Assembly (NCBI GenBank): GCA_051294375.1
Contig: CM119270.1
Span: forward strand, 4,344,742 to 4,408,741
Direction of reading: 5' to 3'
Source of the DNA: Paraspadella gotoi
Lineage: Eukaryota; Animalia; Chaetognatha
DNA length: 64,000 nt
Both the position numbers and the translations under genes were made by a program. Below the pieces are notes generated by a model. The model did no database searches. It had not been told where the DNA came from and saw nothing but the letters and a program-made list of their open reading frames with translations. Shown piece after piece: positions 39,501-51,690 of the stretch. The stretch's first letter is position 1. Every line of letters starts with the position of its first letter.

Positions 39501-42017
39501 AAAGTCCGTCAAAATTCCACGACTCACCATCAGAACTCTTTCGATTTTCAGAGAATTTGCGATGGAAAATTCCACTACTTTGTCGCTTAAAGTCTCGGCT
39601 CTCGACTCGTCAGATTTGGTGACTGGATTTTATCGCCTCGTCGCCCGCATTTGCTTAAAGCGTGAGACAATCCCAGTGAACCGAGTGAATGGCTTAAAGT
39701 GGCTCTTATCAAATCAATTTTATTATACGTACATAATGCTATTTTTTTTAATTGATTTTAATATAAGGAGTGATATGAGACCAGCCAAAATGTTAAAGTG
39801 GATCGAAATAATATAAGCTGATTGTTTGACTTAATTAAGCATTAAAGCATTAATTAACATAATATCTATTAATGAATTGTATGACTAAGAAACTTCGTCT
39901 ATTTATATCTTTCAGACGAATCAAGCGCCTTTTGTTTCGAAGAACCAGATTTTAATTTCTTCATCGACCGCGAAATAAAAGACGACGACGACGACGACGA
40001 CGACGTCGGTAAGAATTTATTTTTTCCTCCATTTTTTTTGATTAACATAAAGAAGATTTGTGTCGCTTTGCAAAAGGAAATGCTATTTCAGCAGTCTNNN
40101 NNNNNNNNNNNNNNNNNNNNNNNNNNNNNNNNNNNNNNNNNNNNNNNNNNNNNNNNNNNNNNNNNNNNNNNNNNNNNNNNNNNNNNNNNNNNNNNNNNNN
40201 NNNNNNNNNNNNNNNNNNNNNNNNNNNNNNNNNNNNNNNNNNNNNNNNNNNNNNNNNNNNNNNNNNNNNNNNNNNNNNNNNNNNNNNNNNNNNNNNNNNN
40301 NNNNNNNNNNNNNNNNNNNNNNNNNNNNNCCAAGAAATGTCTCTCGTCCTGACTTGTGAGGATTTCACTTTCCCCCATCGAGTGACATTAGTTGTGATGA
40401 GGTCTCTGCAGTTCGCACTTTCACTTTTCACTCCCCGACGCCTTTCACTCAAGTAATCAGCCAGGGACCTTTTTTTTCCTTTTCTTACCCCTAATCCCGG
40501 TTCTGAGCTCTCTTTTCCCAATCGACTCATTATATCGATCCCTGACAGACCGAGACCATTTTTCAATATTCTCTCGCACCCTGTCTGTGCCTGTCCGGAC
40601 TTGTCACCCCCTTTCCCGACTTCTGTTATCAACCACTTCATCTTTTCACTCTCNNNNNNNNNNNNNNNNNNNNNNNNNNNNNNNNNNNNNNNNNNNNNNN
40701 NNNNNNNNNNNNNNNNNNNNNNNNNNNNNNNNNNNNNNNNNNNNNNNNNNNNNNNNNNNNNNNNNNNNNNNNNNNNNNNNNNNNNNNNNNNNNNNNNNNN
40801 NNNNNNNNNNNNNNNNNNNNNNNNNNNNNNNNNNNNNNNNNNNNNNNNNNNNNNNNNNNNNNNNNNNNNNNNNNNNNNNNNNNNNNNNNNNNNNNNNNNN
40901 NNNNNNNNNNNNNNNCTGTCACCATGGAACTACGTTCGGCTTTCACTTCCCTTTGGCGAAAATCCAGGCGAAAAAAAAAGGCGAGGAAAAAAAAATTGGA
41001 GGCTTTGACAGCCTCTGGTCCTCGTCTCTCGTCGTTGTTGTTGTCATCGTAGTTGTTGTTGTCGTTGCCCATCTCTTTAATCAACAATGTTATTTCAACA
41101 TTTTCATAAAATCTTGTCTCTGTCTTTTTTTCTCGTTTTCTTGTCATCAACGTCTTTGTCATCCGTCATGATTATTGTCGTCGCTGTCATCTAGTATTGA
41201 TTCTTTATCATCGACATCTTTGTCATCGTCTGTCCTCCTTTCCGTCATATCCTTTATCAGTTGTCTCTGTCATGATCATTGTCGTCGCTGTCATTCCCAG
41301 TCGTCCACATCATTGTCATCGTCCCCCTTCTTATCCTCTCTTATCCTTTATCAGTTGTCGTTGTTGTTTTACCCTTTTGACATTTTCAGATGGCCGCCGG
41401 CGACGAGGAAGAGGAAAGGAAAGACTTTGGGAGACTCTCCCCCTCTTCCTCCTCCTCCTCCTCCTTCTCCCTTTACTCTTTTGGGGAACCGTCTCGGTCG
41501 CTTTCGTTCAAAGCTGCCGCAAAGGCTGCTGCGGCTGGGGCGGCGGCGGCGGCGGCGGGACTGGAGGAAAGAAAAACAATCTCGACGGGAGGGACGACAA
41601 CAACAACGACGAGGGTTTTTTCGACCGAAACAGCGGAGGCAACAATCGCAATGACGGTCGGGACCGTCGCAACAACGACCAACAGAACGGCGGGGAATCG
41701 AAAAAGAAGGGGAATTTTTCAGCTGTCCGTTGCATCGTTGGCGTCAGCGAGAACGAGATTATGGACGAGAAAATTAAAAATGAACGAACAAATTCCATCG
41801 GAGAAATAGTAGATGACGACGATAGCTATCGACAGATCGTGGGAAACCCAAACCACAGGCGCCAAAGCAGCAACGGTCTGGAACCGCGAGAGCGGCTCAG
41901 CGACGGCGTGATCCTCTTCAACGGTTTGGGATTTGCAGAAAGTGGAATCGACGCCAACTGGGATCGACATCGCTCCAGCCGCGATATTGCATCGCGGTGC
42001 CATCAGGTTATTAGGGG
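35614..42017 (+). CDS. Multi-exon gene, both ends unresolved: divergent small-GTPase (Rab/Ras)-like region plus transmembrane helix. Exons 35614-35883, 36369-36432, 39066-39295, 39552-39661, 39916-40008, 41390 to at least 42006
   Basis: Six canonical AG/GT exons join in phase with no stop: LDIRLGEWIARG...SFCVVVVVDAR...EEENWFRFRVDRRSEDILGKKKKILSCSN...KEFAMENSTTLSLKVSALDSSDLVTGFYRLVARICLK...DDDDDDDV DGRRRRGRGKERLWETLPLFLLLLLLLPLLFWGTVSVAFVQSCRKGCC. Exon structure is well supported; GTPase similarity is by-eye inference. N-gaps could hide more exons. Confidence 0.7.
36860..37120. repeat. G-rich ~55-60-bp minisatellite (about 4 units), intronic
   Basis: Recurring gcaaaggagattgt...gaaaggaggttgacatgggagaggggctcggggg. 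Confidence 0.8.
38540..38919 (-). mobile_element. tRNA-Gly-derived SINE-like element, intronic
   Basis: Minus-strand head CATTGGTGCCGGAGGCAAGTCATTCGCCTCCCAACCCAAAGGTCCGGGGTTCTAGCCCGG resembles tRNA-Gly(CCC); possible (AAAAC)n tail at ~38540-38565. The 3' boundary is uncertain. Confidence 0.55.
39296..39436 (+). repeat. ~21-bp degenerate tandem repeat (gaagtgagcgtggcaatgag) at the start of an intron
   Basis: Directly visible. Confidence 0.7.
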
Positions 42018-42361
42018 NNNNNNNNNNNNNNNNNNNNNNNNNNNNNNNNNNNNNNNNNNNNNNNNNNNNNNNNNNNNNNNNNNNNNNNNNNNNNNNNNNN
42101 NNNNNNNNNNNNNNNNNNNNNNNNNNNNNNNNNNNNNNNNNNNNNNNNNNNNNNNNNNNNNNNNNNNNNNNNNNNNNNNNNNNNNNNNNNNNNNNNNNNN
42201 NNNNNNNNNNNNNNNNNNNNNNNNNNNNNNNNNNNNNNNNNNNNNNNNNNNNNNNNNNNNNNNNNNNNNNNNNNNNNNNNNNNNNNNNNNNNNNNNNNNN
42301 NNNNNNNNNNNNNNNNNNNNNNNNNNNNNNNNNNNNNNNNNNNNNNNNNNNNNNNNNNNNN

Positions 42362-42392
<31 letters not shown>

Positions 42393-42691
42393 TGAGCTCG
42401 GCGAACAATGCCGCCGCATGTGGTAAAGTTCCGAGATTAAGTTTTTTTTTCACCACATATATTTCATGTTTTTCCTTTTATTCAATACATATAATAGAAT
42501 ACATTGCTTAGATATTTTTATTTTGTGTAACAGAACGACCACTGGACTGTGAAAGACGATAATAAAACACATCTACAAAAAGGTTAGAACCGATTTTACG
42601 ATATCTTAGCATATCTTTAAATTCTTGACCCCAGAAAATTCAATTGCATCTCATTTCAATTGTGTTAGTAAGCGGGTTAGATAATAGATAT

Positions 42692-42882
42692 AGTAGTTAT
42701 GTAGTTATGTTATGTTATGTAGTTATGTTATGTAGTTATGTTATGTTATGTAGTTATGTTATGTTATGTAGTTATGTTATGTTATGTAGTTATGTTATGT
42801 TATGTAGTTATGTTATGTTATGTAGTTATGTTATGTTATGTAGTTATGTTATGTTATGTAGTTATGTTATGTTATGTAGTTA
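42692..42882. repeat. 18-bp tandem repeat (tagttatgttatgttatg)n
   Basis: Directly visible, about 10 units. Confidence 0.95.
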
Positions 42883-43638
42883 GGCTAAAAGATACGAGTT
42901 TTCTTTTAAAATTGTTTTCATTTTAGGAGAAAAAATAAAATTTTTCTTTTGTTGATTTAGAATGTAATTGAAACGACTTTTTTTTCGTTTATTTTTTTGT
43001 TTTGAACGATTTGTTTTGTTGTTTTGTTGTTTCGTTTTGTTAACCTTTTAATTCTCAACGTGTTNNNNNNNNNNNNNNNNNNNNNNNNNNNNNNNNNNNN
43101 NNNNNNNNNNNNNNNNNNNNNNNNNNNNNNNNNNNNNNNNNNNNNNNNNNNNNNNNNNNNNNNNNNNNNNNNNNNNNNNNNNNNNNNNNNNNNNNNNNNN
43201 NNNNNNNNNNNNNNNNNNNNNNNNNNNNNNNNNNNAGAGTCATACAGACCGACAGAAACAGAGAGAGTGAGAGATAAAGAGAGAGAGAGAGAGAAGGAGC
43301 GAGAGAGAGAGAGCGAGACAGGAAGAAAAAGACTCACAAAAGGATCTAATCAAAGAAGCCTGAAGATTCTTCCCCCTCGCCTTCTATTTCTTTCGACCAA
43401 AACAGCGAAAGGCGAGATGGAAACAGGAATGATTTATCTTTCTCTCTATATTCTATTTCTTTCTTTTTTTCCTTCTCTCTTTCTTTCTTTCTTTCTTNNN
43501 NNNNNNNNNNNNNNNNNNNNNNNNNNNNNNNNNNNNNNNNNNNNNNNNNNNNNNNNNNNNNNNNNNNNNNNNNNNNNNNNNNNNNNNNNNNNNNNNNNNN
43601 NNNNNNNNNNNNNNNNNNNNNNNNNNNNNNNNNNNNNN

Positions 43639-43789
43639 GTTTGTTTGTTTGTTTGTTTGTTTATTTATTTATTTATTTGTTTATTTCTTTTTTTCTTTAT
43701 TTCTTTCTTTAATTCTATCTTTATTTCTTTATTTCTTTCTTTCTTTATTTCTTTATTTCTTTCTTTATTTATTTCTTTATTTCTTTATT

Positions 43790-43877
<88 letters not shown>

Positions 43878-43930
43878 TTTTTTCTTTCTTTATTTCTTTC
43901 TTTCTTGGTTTTTGTTTTTCTTTATTTCTT
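43639..43930. repeat. (TTTC)n/(TTTA)n simple repeat
   Basis: Directly visible. Confidence 0.9.
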
Positions 43931-44766
43931 AATAGCTTTCTCCTTTTCTATCCTTTTTTTTCAATACCTCCTTGTCTTAATTATTCTTAATTTAAAACAC
44001 ACCCAAGGGGAAATTACTCTTAATAATACTATATATTATGTAACCATTAGCTTTAAAAAACTAATTACTGTAAAAAATATTACCAAAATCAGAGTTAAAA
44101 TGAGAAGAGAAGGAAAAAGTATTTCTAAATTCCAAATCGGGAGAAGAAAAAAAGAATTTTTCAGTTCCGACAAATTGGATCGAGTGAGACTCGACTTTTC
44201 TTTTATCTCATTTTTTTGAATCTCGGGTGTATTAATCAAACTCTCTCTCTCTCTCTCTCTCNNNNNNNNNNNNNNNNNNNNNNNNNNNNNNNNNNNNNNN
44301 NNNNNNNNNNNNNNNNNNNNNNNNNNNNNNNNNNNNNNNNNNNNNNNNNNNNNNNNNNNNNNNNNNNNNNNNNNNNNNNNNNNNNNNNNNNNNNNNNNNN
44401 NNNNNNNNNNNNNNNNNNNNNNNNNNNNNNNAAAAATTATCCATGTTTATTTATATTTTTATTTTTCACTGCGGATAATCAGGAAATAACATGGAATTAC
44501 GAGGCGTGAAGCGCAGAGAAGCGCAGCTGGTCCCGAGGGCTTTGCCGTTTGATTCCCTGTCGTTGTTGGAGTTGTGGGATTTTGTTGTCGTTGTTGGAGC
44601 AGTATTGGAGTAGAACTAGTTGTGTTATTGCGGTAGTATTTACTATTGTTGGAGCAGTATTGGATTGGAACAAGTTGTGTTATTGGGGTAGCATTTCTCA
44701 TTGATGGAACAGTAATGGAGTAGTTAGGAAGACGCTCCTTAGATGGGTCATCACCGGGTCAAAGTG

Positions 44767-47700
44767 AAAAGTGCGGTTAAAATGACGGGATGTGAACGTC
44801 ATTTGTAGTGAAATGGTGAGGACGATTTGAGAAAGAAGTGAGAGAGAGAGAAAGAGACGAATTATAGCGTGAAGTGAGGGAAGCAGGGTGAGTGGGGTTG
44901 GTGAGTTAGGGAAGCAGGGTGAGTGGGGTTGACGAGTGATGGCTAGGAGTGATTTATCTGATTTGTGAAGAATTTCTAAAGATTTATTTTTTTTTAAGAA
45001 AAAAGAAAAAAAACCCGTCGAGTCAGCCTTTTTTTTTTGTCATTTCAAACTTGAATTTTCTCTTCTAACAGAAAATGTCGACGTCTTTTGTTAAGCCAAT
45101 AAATTTTCAAGACGTCTGCTCTACTTGAACAACTTAACAACTTAACAACTCAACAACTCATAAAGAGCATAAAGAGTTAGATAATATTTATTGTAGCATT
45201 TTTAAGTCATATCAGAAAAGAATTAGCAAAAACTATAAGATTCATGATATGATGATGCTGATTTTTAAAGATCACTCAGTTATCATCAGAAATTATCATT
45301 TCTTGTATGCATCCTTAAATATTCCATCGCTTCAATGTATCGTGACAATGAATTAAGTAATATTCGATATAGCAGTAGAAGGACAAAAGACTTTTATTTC
45401 AGAAAATTGTAAAACTTAAAAGAAATAATTTCGTATGAGNNNNNNNNNNNNNNNNNNNNNNNNNNNNNNNNNNNNNNNNNNNNNNNNNNNNNNNNNNNNN
45501 NNNNNNNNNNNNNNNNNNNNNNNNNNNNNNNNNNNNNNNNNNNNNNNNNNNNNNNNNNNNNNNNNNNNNNNNNNNNNNNNNNNNNNNNNNNNNNNNNNNN
45601 NNNNNNNNNNNNNNNNNNNNNNNNNNNNNNNNNNNNNNNNNNNNNNNNNNNNNNNNNNNNNNNNNNNNNNNNNNNNNNNNNNNNNNNNNNNNNNNNNNNN
45701 NNNNNNNNNNNNNNNNNNNNNNNNNNNNNNNNNNNNNNNNNNNNNNNNNNNNNNNNNNNNNNNNNNNNNNNNNNNNNNNNNNNNNNNNNNNNNNNNNGAG
45801 AAAAAAAACTATACAGAGTGAGAGATAAATGTCTGATCCAGTCACGAAAACAAAAGAATAATTAAGTTGATGGAGGAAAAAGGGGGAAAAAGTCGCGATG
45901 CGAAAAAAGTAGAATGAAGAAAGATGAAGCGGTGAAAGAGGAAAGAAGGAGAAAGAGAAAGAAGACGAAAGGCTCAAGAAGGAAGAGAAGGAGGAAGAAG
46001 GTTCGAAAAGGAAAATAAGGAAATGGGAAGAAAATGGAGGAACGGAGTCTCGTGATACCCAATAAGTGGAGTAGTTTGCCTCGGACAAACAAAGAAGAAG
46101 AGGAAGAAAGGACAAGACCTTAAATAGAGAAAAGAGAGAGAGAGTAGTTTTTCTTCTCTTCTCTACTTTTTCTCCCCTTTTTCTCTCCTTTCATTGCTTT
46201 CCCCTCTTTTGTTCTCCCTTTTCCTCTTTTCCTCCTTTTCTTCTCCTTCCTCCTTCTCTTTTCTTCTTCTCCCTCTTCTTTTTTCTCTTTTCTCTCCGTT
46301 CACTCCTCACCTTTCCATTCCTATATCTTCATCTTTATTTTCTCCACTCCTTTCCTTTCTTCCCTTATCTTTCCTGTCTTTTCTTCCCCTATCTTTTCTT
46401 TTCTTCACCGCCTACCTTTCCTAACTTAATTCCTTTCCTCCCCTTTTCTCCTTTCCTTTCCTCCATTTTCCCTCCCCCGCGTTACTTGATTCCTCACCGG
46501 TCGACGTCTCGCTTCGGGAGATCCTCGTGACAGGATCACGTAGAACTTTGCAGCAACGCGAATTGAATCCGACCGTTTTGCGGCAGAAGCGCCGCAAAAT
46601 TGAAGCAAGGTCGTGAAGAAGTTCAACACTATTTCGCAGCAGGTCGCTTTGAAATTGCTGTTCCGATCTTAAAAGTATTTAGATGTATTTAAATGTATAT
46701 GTATATATATGTACGTCGCCTTGAGCTCTTGCATAATAGCATAATAGCACAATTTGTGTTGAAATCACTGAGTCTCCGTACTGTTTTTATTAACTATTTA
46801 AAAAAATTGAGTAAATGACTACCACCAAAAGAATTATATGAATCGCCGCTAGTTGTTTGTACGACTATAAAAAAATTGGATGTTTAAACGAATTTATATT
46901 AGTTTTAGTAGATTTTGGAGTCTTTCTCCCTCCTAAGACTGTCCAAAGTCAGGAGGAAAGATTCACGTTAATTGATTCGACTAAATTTCTTCCAATAAAT
47001 AATATGTAGATAGGATTAAATGTAGTAATATTAGAAGTAGGATAATTATTAATTAAAGGTCTAGGAATGAACTTGTTCCCCGTCTCGCTCTACTCAAACC
47101 GACTCTCCCGAAAAAAAAAAAGTGCGGGGTTAAGTGAACGCGATGTGACTCATTTGAAGATGAAATGAGTATCTCGAGAACGATATTGAGAACAGTTGAG
47201 AAGAAGAAAAAAGGCACGAATAATATAGACAGTGAAGTCAGAGGGAAGACAGGGGGAAATAGCGATAAGTAGGGGATAGCAGTGAGATATGGGAAGCAGG
47301 GTGAGGGGTTTGGAGCAGTCGATAGCGCGGAAGTAATTTAGCTGATTTAAGTTGAAAGAAACTTTCTACAAAAACATGTATTTTTTTTTTAATATTTAAA
47401 AAGAAAAAGAAACAAACCCGTGAAGTCAAGCCTTTTTGTTTCTTGCACATCTTGAATTTTCATCTTCTAAAAGCAAAATGTACGATCGATCTTTTGTTTA
47501 AACGCCAATACAAATTTTCAAAGAGGGTCTGTCTACCATTGAACAACCTTAACAACTAATAACTAACTCAACAAACTCATAAGAACCCACTAACAAGACG
47601 TTAGATATTAGTATTATTGTAGACATTTTTAAGTTCATATCAGAAAAATTAGCAAAACTAATAAAGATTTCATGATAATTGTGACTGACTGATTTTTAAA

Positions 47701-48398
47701 GAAAAATCATTAGTTTCATCAGATAATTTCAAAAATTTTACAATAATTACCATTTCTTAGTATGCATCTTACAATATTCCCATCAGCTTTCAATCGTATC
47801 GTGAAAATGAATTAAAGCTAATACTTCAGATATAAGCATGTAGAAAGACAAAAGACTCTTATTTTCAGAAAATTGTCAAAACTTCAAAAAGGAAATAAAA
47901 TTTACGTATGAGGTTTCCACGTACAGTTTTTTAAATCAAGTTACACCACATATTTGTCTTTATTTTCAGTGAATTTCAGTGATTCATAAAATCTCAATAA
48001 TTTATACAAACAGTGTTTAGGATCGTCCGCCTATAACTTCATCTTCCACCCAAACCCGACCCAACCCACCACTTACCCACATCAGCGCTCTACCGCCGCC
48101 GACAGGATGAGTAAGTCTTCACACTCTTCGTGCTGCTACTGGATACACACGTTTTCTCCGTCGTCAGGTCTCACAACCGTCGATCTTCTCGTCGCCGCTT
48201 CTGGCCGCCGCACCGAACCCATTAATCACACAGAACGCCGCCGCCGTTCGAAAACGACGCAGAGACCGAAGAACAGACGGAGTATTGCCGGGCGATGCTG
48301 CGAGCGGGTCATGAAGCTGGGCGACAGCGCTCTCACTCCTTTCACCTCGCGAGTTCCCCCCCCCGTAAATCTCTCCATCTAACTCCGTACTCTCTCTC

Positions 48399-48435
<37 letters not shown>

Positions 48436-49780
48436 CTTCTCTCTCTCTCTCTCTCTCTTTTCTTCTTTCTATTAGGTCTTGTCCTTTTCTTCCTCTTCTT
48501 CTTTGTTTGTCCGAGCAACTACATCCCACTTACTTGGTATCACGAGACTCCTTCCTCCCATTTTTTCCCATTTCCTATTTTCCTTTTTGACCTTCTTCCT
48601 CCTTCTCTTCCTTCTTTGAGCCTTTCTGTCTTCCTTCTTTCTCCTTCTTTCCTCTTTCCCGTTCATCTTTCTTCACTTCTATTTCTTCGTCATCGCGACT
48701 TTTTTCCCCCTTTTCCTCCTCACTTAATTATTCTTTGTTTCGACTGACTCGGATCAGCATTTAAATCTCTCACTTGTATAGTTTTTTTATCCTCTCTCTT
48801 CCTCTACTTTTTCCTCTCCCTCTTTCTTCTCTCCTATTCATTGTTTCCTCTTACTTGTTCTCTCCTATCTTTTCCTCCATTTCTTCCCTCATTTTTCTTC
48901 CTCCTCCTCCTTCTTTGTTCTTGCTCCCTCTTCTTTTTCTGTTTTCATCTCGTTCCGACTCTACACCTTTCCATTCCTATATCTTCACTTGTAATTGTCT
49001 CCACCCCTTTCCTTTCTTCCCTCTATCTTTCCTGTCTTTTATCTTCCCCTATACATTTTTTTTCTCCGAACAACGCCTCATTTCAACTTATTCCTTTCCT
49101 CCCCTTTTCTCCTTCCTTTCCTCATTTTTCCCTCCCCGCGTTACTTGATTTCCTACCGGTCGACGTCTCGCTGACTCGGAGATCCTACGTTACAGGATCA
49201 CGTAGAAACTTTGCAGCAACGCGAATTGAATCGACCGTTTTCGCGCAGAAGCGCGCTCAAATATGAAGCAAGCGTCGTGAGAAGTTCAACACTATTTCGC
49301 AGCAGTCGCGCTTTGAAATTGCTGTTCTATCTTAAAAGTATATTAGGTGTATTTACAATGTATATGTATACATATGCTATATATATGTACGTCCGCTTGA
49401 GCTCCTGCATAATAGCATTAACATAGCACAATTTGTGTTGTAATGATCACTCATTTATCTAACTATTTAAAAAATTGAGTAAATGACACCACCAAAAGGA
49501 AATATGAATCGCCGCTAGTTGTTTGTACGACTTAAAAAAAATTGGATGTTTAAACGAATTATATATAGTTTAGTAGATTTGGAGTTTTCTCCCTCCTAAG
49601 ACTGCCAAAGTCAGGAGGAAAGATTCACGTTAATTGATCGACTAATCTTCTCCCAAAATAAATAATATGTAGATAGGATTAAATGTAGTAATATTAGAAG
49701 TAGGATAATTATTAATTAAAGGTCTTAGGAATGAACTTGTTTCCCGTCTCGCTCTACTCAAACGACTCTCCCGAAAAAAA
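44767..49780 (+). repeat. Tandem duplication: ~44767-47120 and ~47118-49780
   Basis: Collinear blocks (45000-45440 vs 47390-47912; 46150-47115 vs 48790-49778) differing mainly by single-base indels. Confidence 0.85.
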
Positions 49781-51690
49781 ACAACATTTACTGCCTTTAC
49801 ATATAAAGTCAAGCGCTTAATTAAGTGGAGAGAAAAAAGGGGATTAAATGGAATTAAGTGAAGTTTGGGAGCAAAAGAGGGAAAAAGAGGAAAATGAATG
49901 AGAGGGAGGAAGATGAGAAAAGGAGGAAGGAGGAATTAGGAAAAGTGGAAAAATAGGAAGACAATGGGAAGACGGAGATAATGGGAAAAAAGAGACAGAG
50001 AGAGAGAGACGGAGAGAAAATAAATGAAGGAGTAAAATGATGGAAAGTTAGTGTCGCGAAGGTAAACGAGAGACACAAAAGGAAAAGGAAGAGAAAAGAA
50101 AGGGAAAACAGACAATAAAAGTTAATAAAAAGAGAAAAAAGGAAAAGAGAGGAAAAGAGAAAGGAAAAGAAAAGGAAAAAGAAAAAAAAAGAGATTAGGA
50201 AAAAGAAAGGAAAAAAGAATGGAAAAGAAAGGAAAAAGAAAGGAAAAAGAAAATAAAAGAAAAGGAAAAAGAAAGAAAGAGAAAGAAAAAGAAATGAAAA
50301 GAAAGGAAACAAAGGAGGTGAAAGACGAAAAATGTCAATTCAGGAAGTTTCCTGAGGAAAATTTCATATCAAATTGAGCCGAAAATTAAATGAAAAAAAA
50401 AAAGTTTTGCTGAATTTAATTGAAAATCAATACCTGATTTGTATGTAACCTAGTCGAGACTCTGTTGGTTTACATACTACCACATTACAACAGCTATGCC
50501 CGAGATATTGAAGACGCCAAATTATTCTAGATGTAAAAAAAATCCTTTTAAAAGTCTAATTGGGGAACGATGGATAAAAAAGAACCAGACGGGCAGAAGT
50601 TTCCGGAGAACTTGTTAATTACTACTGTAATCTTAAGCAAAACTAATTAATTCCTTAATAATTCGTCAATGCGGTAACAAAAGGAACGACGAACCGCTCA
50701 AAAAAAAGAAGGAAAATTTAATAAAACCGAAAATTCTGAGANNNNNNNNNNNNNNNNNNNNNNNNNCAACATTTTACGCCCTTTTACATATAAAGTAAGC
50801 GCACTTAATTAGTGGAGAAAAAAAAAGGGGATTAAATGGAATTAAATGTGAGATTTGGGACGACAAAGAGGGAAAAAAAGAAATAATCATGAGAGGAGGA
50901 AGACGAGAAAAGGAAAGGGAGGAATTACGGAAAAGTGGAAAAATAGGAAGACAATGGTGGAGACGGAGATAATGGGAAAAACAGAGCAGAGAGAAGAGAC
51001 GGAGAGAAAATAAATGAAGGAGTTAAAATGATGGAAAGTTTAGTCGGCTCAGGTAAACGAGAGACACAAAGGAAAGGAAGAGAAAAGAAAGGGAAACACG
51101 ACAATAAAAGTTAATAAAAGAGAAAAAAGGAAAAGAGAGGAAAGAGAAAGGAAAAAGAAGAGAAAAAGAAAGAAAAAGAAGATAGGAAAGAAAGGAAAAG
51201 AAAGGAAAAGAATAAAGAAAAGGAAAAGAAAGAAAGAGAAGAAGAAAAGAAATGAAAAGAAAGGAAAACAAAGGATCGGTGAAAGACGAAAAAAAATGTC
51301 AATTCAGGGAAGTTTCCTGAGGAAAATTTCATATCAAAATTGAGCCGAAATTTAACATGAAATAAAAAAAGTTTTGCTGAATTTAATGAAAAATCATACC
51401 TGATTTGTATGTAACCTAGTCGAGACTCTGTTGTTTTTACATTACTACACATTACACAATGCTATGCCGAGATATTGAGCCAAAATTTATTCTATTAAAA
51501 AAAATCCTTTAAAACTTAATTTGGGAACGTGGATAAAAAAGAACCCGCGCAGGAGTTTCGAGAATTGGTTATTATACGTCAATCGTTAAGCAAAACTATT
51601 TAATTTCCTTTAAATTCGTCATCGGTAACGAGAGGACGACGAACCCCAAAAAAAAGAAGAAAATTAAAACGAAATTCTTGAAAAAAAAAA
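49781..51690 (+). repeat. Tandem duplication ~49781-50741 and ~50767-51690 across a 25-N gap
   Basis: Collinear, indel-rich copies. Confidence 0.85.
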
